The notes: generated by a model from the sequence alone, not told the origin. DNA of 64,000 bases from Octopus sinensis (GCF_006345805.1 NC_043002.1:15128001-15192000), one strand, 5' to 3'; positions 14,489 through 27,520 are shown, counted from the stretch's first letter. Translations and numbers: made by a program.

Positions 14489-14669
14489 CCATAGAAATTG
14501 GAGTAAAATGCTGGAGATTCAGTATATGCCACAAGGCACAATTATGAGTTGAAAATACGTAGAAATCATACATAAAAGTTAGAATAGAGATGCCTTCGTT
14601 TCAGATAATTTAAAATCTTTTTTTAAAGATATATATATATAAATACACACATATTGTATAGATGCCGTG

Positions 14670-15160
14670 ATATCCAACCAGTTTTCGCTATTTTATTTAG
14701 CTTTTCAAGGGACATTCTGAAGTAATAAAAATCTTGTGAGAAAGGCTCTCGCCATTTTGGATGATTGAAAAGTAAGAATGAGTCTACCCTGTGGACAAAG
14801 GTAGGCAGCAGGTGTCAAGTGGAGCAACTAACACCAGTATAATTGTTGAAATAAGAATGTGTAAGTATCACGTGGTAAAGTTTATAAATTAAGGTGTGGA
14901 CTGTACTTTTATATGAACAGATTTTCCTTTTTTAGTCCTTCTTGTAAGAAGATTGTATCTTTGCATTGGTATAATGGAGAGATATGGAAATTTTGCGCTT
15001 TATTTCTTGCGCACCTGTCGATATGTTCGCTCAGCGATATCTGCCTGTATTAAGGAAAACGAATCCGTTCTTTAAGCAGCGTGACTCTGCGTCTCGAAAC
15101 TAAGGCTCGTTTGTCCCCGATAATTGTGGCGACAACCTAAGCAGGTTAGGATATTTACAT
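14670..15160 (-). mobile_element. Penelope-like element 3' relic: GIY-YIG endonuclease plus pLTR with decayed hammerhead
   Basis: Minus-strand translation across frameshifts: ILTCLGCRHNYRGQT..RRRVTLLKERIRFP*YRQISLSEHIDRCA...ENLFI*KYSPHLN. Downstream, 14670-14715 reads ATGTCC-CTTGAAAA-GCTA..TAGC-GAAA-ACTGG-TT-GGATAT. Confidence 0.8.
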
Positions 15161-15332
15161 ATATATATATAGAGAGAGAGAGATAGATAGATAGAGAGAG
15201 AGAGTGTGAGGGAGAGAGAGAGATACATAGATATTCATATATATATGCATACAAACTTATATATTCATATATATAAATTTATAGATGTGCATGTGCATAT
15301 GTGTGTGTGCGTGTGGGTGGGTGGGTGTGTTT

Positions 15333-15374
<42 letters not shown>

Positions 15375-15375
<1 letters not shown>

Positions 15376-15510
15376 GGTTATTGCTCACATTTAAGGGAGA
15401 TGCTTATTCGTCCATCTTTGTTGAACGTGGCTTGGAATACATAGATTTCTCATCCGATGTTTCAACAGTGAACCATAACGCTTTCTTGTCAGTCGTACAG
15501 GAGAGTTGAC
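15375..15510 (+). mobile_element. Small LINE reverse-transcriptase fragment
   Basis: IDFSSDVSTVNHNAFL resembles the LDFSxAFDxVxHxxLL RT motif. Confidence 0.45.
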
Positions 15511-15779
15511 GATATCACCGCTCATCATATCATTCTTGCCTTCCAGCTTAACTTATCTGTCTGTCAGTTTCTCTTTCTCTCTCTTTCTCTTACTGCAACG
15601 CCATTAAGAGAATCTATTCCTTTTCCTTCGTGTGCACATCAGGTTTTCACTCTTTCCTTCTTAGCTCAATGACTGCATGATCGCCTCAGTTTGAAGAGAC
15701 TCTACCCATCTGGGTATAGCTAGGGCTGTCGTCCGTTTCCTATTGAATCCTGCAAATTATTCTGGCACAGCGCACGGTT

Positions 15780-16450
15780 CCATTCGATGTCTTGATTGCA
15801 TCTTTACTCACTCAGACTAAACTTGATCAGAATTATATTTGCATTTCCAAACCACAGAATTACAACTGGTCCCAGTTTTTTCTGGACAATCTGGAAAAAG
15901 TGCATTCATTTCTGATGGTCTATTTCGTCTCCCATGGTTGTGCGATGTAGTGGACAACTAGGCTGTTTTAATCCGTTTAAAATTTCCCATTCGAATCTTC
16001 ACGAATCTGATTGTCGTTATTGATTCTGCCTTCTAAGTTCTTGTGGTTTTTTTTGTTCCCGAGCGGCGTCTGTAGCAAGCTCAAAGTAGCTGCTAGGTTG
16101 CTTGTTCTCTTCGAACTTTAAAGAGATAGTCTCCTTTTACATCATATCTGTGCAGGTTTATCGGCGTTCAGAGGATGATACATATTCCTGGCAGCAGAAA
16201 GAATATAGAGAAAGGTTATGATCTCCATTCGTTCGTTCATTTGACCTTCATTGTAGGAAGGTCTCAATTAGTTCAGGCTTACCGAGGTAACAAATGGCCA
16301 GCTCTTGACCTTCGTTATGTTCCTTCTGATACCGCACTTCAGCTTCCTTTCCCGCAGGAAAGGACGCATTGTTGTAGCAGACTACCATCGCAAATATATA
16401 TTTTAGTGGAAGAGAGGTCAGATATTATGTTGGTAATGGTGGCGGTCAAG
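15780..16450 (-). mobile_element. Possible very old LINE C-terminal relic
   Basis: Fragments FVKIRMGNF and CPL...MGDEI...ECTF resemble a LINE C-terminal Cys/His region; heavily decayed. Confidence 0.3.
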
Positions 16451-16868
16451 TTTTTCAAAACTATTCGAGGGTCACAACAATGCCCTAACCAATCGTGATT
16501 TTAAGAAGAAATAATTTACCACCATTCTGGTAATAATACGAATGACAAAAATTAAACACAAAAGAGTAAATTGATTTACCGCGCTGCCACCACAGTTTCC
16601 TCTGAATTTAAAAACTAACGTATGGTAAAGGTTCCTGTCTCTCTCAGACATATTCTCTTCTGTAAATCAATATTCCTGAAAAAAAGGTCTCAGCCGCTCC
16701 GTCAAATTATCATATAGCCGCTGCACGAATATGGAGGACCAGAAATGATATAAAATTCTGTCTCATGTGTTTCCTTCGCATAAAACTGTTAGTAGCTTAT
16801 AGATATATACAAGGAGAGAAAGAGAAAGAGAGAGCGAGCGAGAGAGAGAGCGAGCGTGTGTGAGTCTT

Positions 16869-16900
<32 letters not shown>

Positions 16901-16903
<3 letters not shown>

Positions 16904-16982
16904 TTTATTTTAAGCAGCAGAAAATTCAACAAAATCTGTTACTCTGAGTTTCTCGTTGCCGTTCATCAGACAGTTTTTGCTA

Positions 16983-16983
<1 letters not shown>
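16901..16983 (-). ncRNA. Short (TA)n-flanked insert carrying a compact type-I hammerhead (16936-16973)
   Basis: CTGT-CTGATGA-ACG-GCAA-CGA-GAAA-CTC-A-GAG-TA-ACAG, GUA site; AATAAA downstream; same family as 27396-27520. Confidence 0.75.
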
Positions 16984-17021
<38 letters not shown>

Positions 17022-17459
17022 TACGCATTTACTTTTACGTAGGTTTATAATGGGAAAAGTCGTTATATAATTTTCATATTTCAACATCCATTGAACATGT
17101 GGGTGAAATTGTATGGTAAATGGCTTTGCTAAACATAGATCACAAAACGTCACTTGGGGAATGTTTATAATGGTTGTTGTAAATGCTTACATTCTACTGA
17201 GACAGTTATGCGATATGTATGAAGCAATGTTATTGGGTAAATATGGTCACGTCAGGGAGAGAAAGAAAAAGCATATGCATGTATGTTTGTATGTATCTAT
17301 CTAACTATCTATCTAACTATCTATCTATCTAACTATCTATCTATATAGGTATGTAGCTTACTACTTATTTATCTATCTTACGATCGATCAATCCATTTAT
17401 GCATATTTAATCTATCTGGTTCCCCCTTTCTCTCTCTCTTTCTCTAACTCTCTATATAT

Positions 17460-17541
17460 ATAATAATAATAATAATAATAATTATTATTATTATTAGTAG
17501 TAGTAGTAGTAGTGGTAGTGGTGGTAGTGGTGGTGGTGGTC

Positions 17542-17595
<54 letters not shown>
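17460..17595. repeat. Compound (TAA)/(TAG)/(TGG) trinucleotide microsatellite
   Basis: Directly visible. Confidence 0.95.
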
Positions 17596-18223
17596 TATAT
17601 TTTAAATATATAGTTATCTCCGAATCGGTTCTGATTTCTGGATTACTCAGCGGGGAACACAAAATGAAAATAAATGAAATACTTGGACATACCCAGGGAA
17701 AAGCAGATGTAAAGTCATGTACAGATTTAAAAACTCCAAATATCTCCAAATAGATATTCCGTAGCAAACCTCGCACAAATGTGGTCGGTCAGGAAACGCA
17801 CACAAATTGTTAACCATTGCAGAAGAAGGGAATGATAATAAATTTAGTGGTAATATAAGGATAAATTGTTATATGAAAAGTTTTTTATCAATGGTCGCCT
17901 ATGAAAAATAACTTTTAAGATGAAAATTATAAATACACTTAAAAACAAAGCGAAAAAGTATTATTTCACTGCCAATATGCTGAAAAATAGCCGCTAAATC
18001 GTCTAACCACATACAGGATTTTCACTTGTATTACTGCCGAAACGTGGAAAGAAAGCTAACAGAAATTCATCAAAATATTGTTCTCCCCGAGTAATAATAC
18101 AAATGAAGATATTTTATGAGGTTCGACGATTTAGCATCTATATCTCGTCAATGTAACAAAGAAACTTCATTGATTTGCACTTAGATATATATATAATATA
18201 TATATATAATATATATATATATA

Positions 18224-18254
<31 letters not shown>

Positions 18255-18291
18255 GTTTTTTCTCTTCATGTTGCTGACATAAGCTCCTTGT

Positions 18292-18374
18292 CTTTCTTGA
18301 TGAGATGGCGGCATAATGCACCCTTTATTCCTTCGGAATTAGGAATATGCAGCCGTCGAAACATGTGTCGAGAG
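18292..18374 (+). ncRNA. Type-I hammerhead fold with long stem II, inside a (TA)n-flanked insert (about 18251-18570)
   Basis: CTTTC-TTGATGA-GATGGCGGCATA...TATGCAGCCGTC-GAAA-C-ATGT-G-TC-GAGAG; GUC site; C3 is substituted by U. Confidence 0.7.
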
Positions 18375-18569
18375 TAAAGGAATTTTGTTAAAATCGTTGT
18401 TCGACTCCATTCTTTCATTTATTTATAGTTAAAAAAACGCACAAATTTACACACGAGAACACGGGATCCCTGCCCTTGGCATATAGCTTCAACCGTGTTT
18501 TCTGACGTGAATTTGCTACCCAGGTATCGGTTAACCGAATTATCCATACTAGGATAATTCATTCACCTT

Positions 18570-18635
<66 letters not shown>

Positions 18636-18639
18636 GTAA

Positions 18640-18760
18640 AAAAATACAAACTGGGGCAAGAACACCAAACATTTAGAAGACGATACGAAAAACACGGAAG
18701 GGGCATTCGAAACCTTCAATCTTCAGTCAAGAACCGGATCATCCTCGCAATTTCGGCTAT
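18640..18760. repeat. Dispersed repeat fragment shared with 31490-31605
   Basis: CATTCGAA..CTT.AATCTTCAGTCAAGAACCGGATC.TCCTCGCAATTTCG is present in both places. Confidence 0.85.
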
Positions 18761-18789
18761 ACATGCATACATACATACATGCATACATG

Positions 18790-18836
<47 letters not shown>

Positions 18837-19567
18837 TATATATATATTATATATATATATACACATAAATACATACATACAATGGTACCACATGGGCACC
18901 TGTATCGCTAAAAATGGAAGTCAAAAATACTCCTGTGCCACAGAATGGTCACCAAATCTATGGCTGTGTATGTGTGTGTCCATCTGTGTATGCCTGTGTG
19001 TTTGGGGGGGGGGATATTTTCAATCTCAGCGTATGTATCCCCAGACTTCAAGGAATGTAGAAATATTTTGTTTTGTAAACAGATCTATTTTTCTATTTCA
19101 TTTTATATCATGAACCGCGAAGGGTTTTTTTTTTTTTAATTAATAACTTCTATTTCCTTTTGTTGTCTTCTCTGCTGAGATGTCGGGCGTTGATGGTTAC
19201 AAAACAAATTGCTCCATAACCGCATTTTGAAAACAACACGTAATGTCTGATGTGTTATTAGCATCCTTTTGTTAATACGATGTTCATTTTTTGTTAATGC
19301 CATTGTTAGAATATTCGACTTGTTTGTATTGTTCCTGATAATCTTTGGATACGTTTTTATAGCTGCCACGTTACTGGTCACGTGAACAAATATATGATAT
19401 TCCGTCAATGACATTACACTGTCTCCTCAGTTCAAATCATAGTCTTACTCAAACGCATCATTAAAAAGTTTCTGAAGTTTACCCAATAGGAAACTATTTC
19501 GAATTGGTAGAAATATGTGTACAGTTTTACTGTTCTTTTATAATAACCTTCAGTTCATGATTATATA

Positions 19568-20183
19568 TACAGGGTGATTAAAAAGTCGCAATACATAGAA
19601 CAATATAATTTTCTATAAGAAACAGTTTACAATAACAGTTTTTTTTATATATTTAACAATCTCTATATGGTTACCATTGTTTTGAATACTCATTGCAATA
19701 CGTTAACTCCACTCATTGTGAACTTGTAAAAGCACATCAAATAATACTTGTGCAAATGATTTGGCTATGTGTTCCTTCAAATGATTTACGTCATTTATCT
19801 TTCTGCGATACACCTATTTCTTTACTACCCACAAGGGCTTAAACACAGAAGGGACAAACAGGGACAGACAAACGGATGAAGTCGATTATATCGACCCCAG
19901 TGCGTAACTAGTACTTAATTTATCGGCCCCGAAAGGATGATGAAAGTCGACCTCGGCGGAATTTGAACTCAGAAAGTAGCGGCAGACGAAATACAGCTAA
20001 GAATTTCTCCCGGCATGCTAACGATTCTGCCAACTCGCCACCTTTCTGCGATACACCATACCTTCCAATGCCTCAGAAATGAAGAGGATGCAGGTCAGGG
20101 GATCTGTGGATTTGAGGGATTTTATAAAATGTTTTTATAAAATAAATTTTTCCTATGTATGTAGACTTTTGAATCACCGGGTA
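19568..20183 (-). mobile_element. Internally deleted Tc1/mariner-superfamily element with TIRs
   Basis: TA-CAGGGTGATTAAAAAGTC ... GACTTTTGAATCACCGGG-TA. Minus strand encodes RSPDLHPL...MVYRRKINDVNHLKEHI...QNNGNHIE, a transposase C-terminus. Confidence 0.85.
19815..20041 (-). mobile_element. SINE family B nested in the Tc1 element
   Basis: Perfect 16-bp TSD CTTTCTGCGATACACC (19799-19814 / 20042-20057). Confidence 0.93.
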
Positions 20184-21497
20184 CATTCATAAAATTTCAA
20201 TCTTCATAACATAAGAGCAGGCACTTCATAATAACATGAATGTAAGAATATGATGGCCACCTTAACACCTTTCAGTAGGAGAGCTACTAAAATCTTGCTC
20301 ATAAAAGATAATTTAGAAAACTTATTTCCGTCACGTAATTGTTTGCTATAATTTGCACTGAGTATTGATGTTATTCTGACGTCATACTTCGTAGAAAATT
20401 AACTGTGTCAGTTGTTGTTAAAGAGAAGGTATTACAGAAAATATTCCGGTTGATGAGGTTTATCTGAAGACATTAATTTTTAAAGAGAGAATCCTCTTAA
20501 TACTTATTCACTGGTCATTTAATGGCATTATCAAAGAGTTCTTGCGTCGGTACATACGGCAGGAGGTGAAGAGGCTCAGTATTCTTCTTATACATTTGAT
20601 CTTTATTCGTTCCTTTTGAAAAGAGCTTCTTAATGTATAATCTGAAATATAAATTTCAAATATTGCTCAGTAATTTTCCTTATTTGGCGCATTAAATTTT
20701 CCTCAAACATTTATGGTGGATATGATATTAGAAAATCAAAGCTAGTGTAAGAAAACCTTATTAGAATCTAAGAAAATATCCCTCATTACGAAAAACAAAG
20801 ACATCGGAATAATGTCCAACTGTCTTCTCCATGACACTGAACTGGCTGACATGTTAATGTATTGCCTACAGTTTACAACAATACTTTTATAGAGGCAAGC
20901 GAATATACCTGTCAGCTATATTCCTTAATATACACACTGGTCAGCTTTCTTTTATGGTCAGATCATAACATTTATACTAAATTAAAGCCATTGAAATATC
21001 ATTGCCTAGCCTCGTAATCATATTTAATTTTTAGTAGGTTCGGTAAATGTTAGAAGAATTAAGCTTTATTGCATCTACTATAGAATTAATAGAGAAATTC
21101 GATTTTCTTTCAAGAGATTGCACTGAATGTTTAGGTTTGGTGCGCTCCTAATTGGACTTCGAAACTTACAAATGCTAGAAGAAACTCAATAAAGAATTCT
21201 TTCAGAGTTCTAATTTCAATTCTTTGCAACCGAGCACGTTAGTCGTTTTGTATTACATCATTAACAACATATACCAAACATCAATTAAGCAAACGGAGGA
21301 AGCAAAAATTTTAAATTAACTTCGTTTAGCAACAAGTGTGAAGGTAATGAACGAACAGTGGTGGTTGTTTTTTGAACAATCCCAGAGCTATATTATGGGT
21401 GATGAGTTGGTAATTTTCTAAGTCGGAATTTCTATTGTGGTAGAGGAAACGAAGGTAATTCTAAATGTTGAAGCAAAATGTTTCATAAGAAAAGGTA

Positions 21498-21923
21498 AGT
21501 GTGGCTGTGTGGTAAGTAGTTTGCTTACCAACCACATGGTTCCGGATTCAGTCCCACTGCGTAGCACCTTGCGCAAGTGTCTTCTACTATAGCCTCGGGC
21601 CTACCAAAGGCTTGTGAGCGGATTTGCTTGACAGAAACTGAAAGAAGCCCGTCGTATGTATATATACACACACACATATACATATATATAAATTTGAATG
21701 TGTGTGTGTATATGATTGTGTACCTGTGTTTCTCCCCCCCCCATAAAAAATCGCTTCACAACTGATGTTAGTGTGTTTACGTCCGCTAACGTAGCAGTTC
21801 GGCAAAAGAGACATATAGAATAAGTACTAGGCTTACAAAGAATAAGTCCTGGGGTCGATTTGCTCGACTACAGGCGGTGCTCCAGCGTGGGCGCAGTCAA
21901 ATTACTGAAATACGGAAAAGAGA
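21498..21923 (+). mobile_element. SINE family A, full length
   Basis: tRNA-like head, CCTTG.GCAAGT CORE-like segment, internal TA/TG tract and conserved tail. Confidence 0.92.
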
Positions 21924-22689
21924 TATAAGAATGCACATTTTTAAAAAATATTGATTGGATAACACTAGGAAAACTTTGCGGTGTTCAAAATTAGAACAGT
22001 TCTCATGTTTTGTGTTTGGATGCTGAGTCTGATTAACAGAACGAACCACAAGTAACCGCAAAACATATTTTAACTAACCGTATTGCAATGTCAAGTATCA
22101 CAAACTAACACTAATTGTTCCTTAAATTAGACTAAACATACGAATTTGAAGAGTTAGAAGATGACAAAACATATGCGAAAACGCGTCTGCATAAAAATAA
22201 CACTGGATAAATATTTATCAAGACAATTATGAGGAGCTGCATATGTATGTGTTTATTATGTATGTATGTATGTATGTATTTATGTATGTATGTGTGTGTA
22301 TGTGGATAAATGTATATACACACATGCGTACATACACATATATATACATATATATACACACACGCATATATATGTATGTGTATATACATGTTTTTTTTCT
22401 GTCTGTGTGTTAGTGTGTGCCTGTCTGTGTGTATTGACAACTGACATTTATATATTCTAAACAATGCCTCAGTATGCAAATAGCCGTTAAAAGATTGCTC
22501 TTCTTAACGCTAATATCACAAATATGATTATTTGCTTCAGCTTCGTTTAATACAGTTTGGAAGTAAACAACGTTTTACAAAGACCATCAATGTTTGCGAC
22601 AATTTTATTTAGAATAGTATTTGACGCTAAATTCAAATTATCTAATCAAGTGCCCGTTATTTGGACCTAGTTTGTTCTACGCAAGAATT

Positions 22690-23007
22690 TGTTGTTTGTT
22701 GTTTCTTCCTTCTCGAGCCATGCCTGGCTCATTAGGGCCGGTGTTCCGGTTTCTTGCCGTATAGGTTCACCATCTGGACGGGGACGCTGGACCATCGCAC
22801 GTGAGCTGCAATATGCAGGAGGAAAGAGTGAGAGAAAGTTGTGTCGAAAGAGTCAGCAGAAGTTTTGCCGTTATCTTCTGCGGGTGCCGCGTGGAGATTA
22901 GGTGTTTCGCTCATAAACACACACATTCGAATCACAGTTTGAGATTCGAACCCACGATCCCTCGGCCGCGAGTCCGCTGCTCTAACCACTAGGCCATGTG
23001 CCTCCAC
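22690..23007 (-). mobile_element. SINE family C (tRNA head, V-domain-like)
   Basis: Minus strand TGGCCTAGTGGTTAGAGC (box A) and GGGTTCGAATCTC (box B). TSD CTACGCAAGAATT / CTAGGCAAGAATT. Confidence 0.88.
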
Positions 23008-24337
23008 CTAGGCAAGAATTCATAAAAATCGTGTCACTAATGTTGAAATAATCATTTTTGCTTGCATTGATCGAGTTCATCCTTTGGGTAAGGCCGATCA
23101 ATTCTTCCCCAACCTGATTTTCTATTGGTGCAAACTTATTTTGTCATACGTCATTTTCTTTAATGGAGGATAATGAGCTCTATTAAACATTTTATTTTAT
23201 AGTGGCCCGGCATGTCCATTGTGTTTATTATACATTTGTTGATTTGAGTTAAATGCATGTAGGTTAATCAACAAAATATCCTTTTAAAAATGCCTAAAAC
23301 AATTTCAAATGTTGTATGATTTTAGACATTTTAAAAACCCTCTATTATTACGTGAAACACATTTGTCTAAAAGGAACGGTAGTGCCTCAGCTTAGTTAAT
23401 GTGTTATAACAGCACGTAACCTGATACTTTTTAAGATGAAAAAAATGAATGAAGGAGAAGCATTAGAAACGTGAATACAATTTATCCGAAGTAATATGAA
23501 GTTAGGAATGTTATATGAATCAAGATATAAAATTAGAATAATGACCATATCATATTAACATACAAATGCTTCATGTTTCATCCAGGCAGAAATAATTTGT
23601 AAAATAGAACTAATTATGTCGGAAGCACTGTCATTCAACAATGTAACCCCGGACAGCACATTTGTATATGTACGAACATGAACAGATTTCTACACCGATT
23701 ATCACATTAGCCTAACAATGCCTAATTATGTTTACCAATTGTAGACAATTATACAATAATATACCCCCCAGCATAGTAGAATCGTTCTGCGTTATAGTTA
23801 ATACAAAGTTTAACTCACAATATCCTAAAAATTGTAATAAACCATGCATTGTAACGTATCATGGAATGCAATTAACATAAATGATACAAGGCAAAATATA
23901 TGAATAAGAATAATAGAAGATATGACATACTGTTAGAACCATTCTATAATTTAACTACTTGAAAGTAACATGAAACCACGTTTTTAGTTTCATTTCGGGA
24001 GAAAATATAATTATTGACATCACCATAATCTTCCAAACATCACTTTGAAATAATTACAGGTACGTTGAAGCATTTCAAAATTTAAATAACTCATACACAT
24101 AGCACGCTATTATTGATATCTATGGATGTCGATTCCCCTATAATTATCTAAAATACTCAACACCACCACACGCTTACTGTAAATGTGCGTGACAGTGTGT
24201 GCAGAAAGAGTGAAAAAGTGAGAAGAACGCGCGCGAAAGAGAGAGACAGGCGTTCCCCAAAGACACGCACATTTATATAGTGTTTGCTCGCCAGTCTGAG
24301 TCTGCGTAAGCGACAAAACGGTATATTAAAAGGAAAT

Positions 24338-24566
24338 AAGGCGGCGAACTGGTAGAAACGTTAGCACGCCGGGAGAAATGCTTAGCGGTATTTCGTTTGC
24401 CGTTACGTTCTGAGTTCAAATTCCGCCGAGGTGGACTTTTCATACATTCGGGGTCGATAAATTAAGTACCAGTCACGCACTGGGGTCGATGTAATCGACT
24501 TAACCCCTTTGTCTGTCCTTGTTTGTCCCCTCTATGTTTAGCCCCCCTGTGGGTAATAAAGAAATA
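24338..24566 (+). mobile_element. SINE family B, full length
   Basis: Near-consensus copy flanked by a 31-bp imperfect direct repeat. Confidence 0.92.
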
Positions 24567-24800
24567 TGTATAAGTGACAAAATTGTATATTACGAGGAAA
24601 TGTGTTCGAATGCGTATACATGAATGAGAAATTGTCAACAATCAACTTCTGCACAAATACATTTATGGACATCAAAGTACAAGAGGAACAGTTTCGTATA
24701 CTAACAAAGCTGTGATATGCCTGATTAATAATCTCAACCCTACAAATGAGGACAGGAAATACCCTAAAAATAGGCGCAGATGTGACCCTGCTGTAAGTAT

Positions 24801-24963
24801 AGGCGCAAGAGTGGGTGTGTGGTAAGTAGCTTGCTTACCAACCACATGGTTCCGGGTTCAGTCCCACTACATGGCACCTTGGGCAAGTGGCTTCCACTAT
24901 AGCCTCGGGCCGACCAAAGCCTTGTGAGTGGACTTGGTAGACGGAAACTGAAAGAAGCCCATC

Positions 24964-25003
<40 letters not shown>

Positions 25004-25185
25004 GTCTGTATTTGTCCCCCCAACATCGCTTGACAACCGATGCTTGTGTATTTATGTATTTACGTACCCGTATATTAGCGGTGCGGCAAAAGTGACCGAT
25101 AGAATAAGTACTAGGCTTACAAAAATAAGTCCTGGGCTCGATTTACTCGACTAGAAGTGGGGCTCCAGCATGACCGCACTCAACA
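24801..25185 (+). mobile_element. SINE family A, full length
   Basis: Matches the copies at 21498 and 41672. Confidence 0.92.
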
Positions 25186-25802
25186 AATGAAAGAATCAGT
25201 TTTCTTCGTAAGAGATGAAGAATCAACACTGTCCCGTACGTATAGAATAACGTAGTTTACGAGGAAATATATTCAATTAATCCTTTTCTCCGAAAGTCAG
25301 AGCAATTTACTTTCCCTAATATATGAATGAACGCAGCAACACTGCTTTCACTGTTTCCCGAAAAACAAGGTTAACCATATTTAACTGAGCGACTTAGTTA
25401 TCTGATTCAGATATTGCCACATTTCCAAAATTTCCCATTTGGTGTCAATATCTATAATAACTTGCGGATGATACTTAGAAAAAAGCAAACGTTAAGAGAA
25501 AATTACTTATAATAACAAACTAATGCGATAACTTATATGCAAGGCATGAACCGATGAATACCAATGGATTTGAAAACACAGGAGAGGCGTCAAAGTACGC
25601 GAAATATGTCAGTAAGGCGACAGACTATAATGACAATAAGCCACGCCTTCCATAAGACGAAAATGTGCAAAATGTTTCTACTCAAGATTATATAACTGTC
25701 TATGTAGTATAATGACATTACAATGTATCTCAATGTTGATCTCGTCTAGGGAGAAACATATACATAAATAGATATATGTGTGTGTGTGTGTATGTATGTG
25801 TG

Positions 25803-26044
25803 TGGAGGCGCGTGGCCTATTGGGTAGGGTGTCAGCATCATGATCGTGAAATTGTGGTTTCGATTCCTGGACCGGACGACAAGTTGTGTTCTTGGGCAAA
25901 ACACTTCTATTCCCGTTGGTCCAGTCCACTTAGCTGGCAAAAATAACGGTGCAATGGACTGGCCTCCCGTCCAGGTGTGGAACACATAGGCCATTGAAAC
26001 CGGGAAAGCGCGCCCATGACCCTGGCTAGGCTTTAAAATGGCAC

Positions 26045-26045
<1 letters not shown>
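25803..26045 (+). mobile_element. SINE family C-related copy
   Basis: TGGAGGCGCGTGGCC head; ATGGACTGGCCTCCCGTCCAGG V-like motif; GAAACCGGGAAA...GGCTAGGCTT tail. Confidence 0.85.
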
Positions 26046-26083
<38 letters not shown>

Positions 26084-26798
26084 TATAGATATATAAGGGG
26101 AAATAATATAAGTACCTATGTGCAAATATATAATATATGATATATATATATTATATATGTATATATATAATATGAGTGCATGTGTGTCTGCATATATATA
26201 TATATATAATATATATTATAATATATATATATAGATTGTGTGTGTGTGTGTGTGTGTGGTGTGTGTGGTGTGTGTGTGTGTATGTATTTGTATATTCATA
26301 TGCATACATGTACGTCAAAATATATATAAAACCAAATATGTATCCTGCCCACTTCACTTAGATGTATGTGCTTCAGTACGTGCAACTTTCTGTGATAATG
26401 TATAATCAGCCTCATAAAAGTTTGCTGCTGAAAGCATTTCAATTAAGAAGTACAATCAACAAACGTGTTGCTGACTTTGAAAGCGAACATAAACTCATAT
26501 TATATCTTAATTTTAAGCAATAAAACAGTTTTACATTTCATGAGATTTAGTTGCTATAACGTCGTCAAATGAAACTGGACATATTCATTGGGAAATATAT
26601 TTTCTACACCTACCGCTATATTATGTGTCATGGAAGACATAAAAATATTTTCAATGTGCATACATAATTGATACTTCGTTGGCTAAAACGAATATAAAAA
26701 TTCATATTTTCTTCGCAAAAATATAGCTAGCATATATATTTGAAAATATATATTTCACGAAAATTATATATTCCGGGCACACATACTTATTAGATGCA

Positions 26799-26907
<109 letters not shown>

Positions 26908-27038
26908 ATTATGTATATACATACATATATACATATATATATATAATATACATATATATATGTATCTATATATATACATGTATATATGCGTATCATTTTC
27001 CATAATTGGATATAGAAACATATATAAATTATATATAT

Positions 27039-27071
<33 letters not shown>

Positions 27072-27136
27072 TGCGTGTGTATCGTTGGCGATGTTCTTCC
27101 CCCGTCTTCCATTCCTCGGATCTTTCCTTCTCCTAT

Positions 27137-27171
27137 GTTTCTGACGAAGAGTCCTTCTCGAAACATTATAT
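27137..27171 (+). ncRNA. Partly decayed hammerhead motif in pLTR-like insert (about 27070-27270)
   Basis: GTTT-CTGACGA-A-GAG-TCCTT-CTC-GAAA-CA-TT. Confidence 0.5.
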
Positions 27172-27274
27172 CATCCTTCTTTCTTTCCTTTCCTGAGCAT
27201 CCAATCACACTATACTTGTTCCACGTCCTCGCCTTCTGGTTTCTCTTTGTGTTTTCAAGTTTGGTATAACTACA

Positions 27275-27378
<104 letters not shown>

Positions 27379-27395
27379 GCATGTATGTATAATTT

Positions 27396-27520
27396 TTTTA
27401 AATGCACCAGAAGTTAACAAAAGCTGTTACTCAGAGTTTTACGTTCCCGTTCGCCCGACGAACGGAAACGTGAAACTCTGAGTAACAGCTATTTGTTATA
27501 TTTCTGCTGCTTTTAAATAA
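27396..27520. mobile_element. Inverted pair of hammerhead-bearing pLTR-like segments
   Basis: GCTGTTACTCAGAGTTTTACGTTCCCGTTCG / CGAACGGAAACGTGAAACTCTGAGTAACAGC form a palindrome; the plus strand carries CCGACGA-ACG-GAAA-CGT-GAAA-CTC-T-GAG-TA. Confidence 0.8.

Noticed and set aside
18690-18760. CTGAAGA on the minus strand in the repeat shared with 31.5 kb
   Set aside because: It is followed by CGAATG rather than a paired stem II and GAAA, so the fold cannot be completed.
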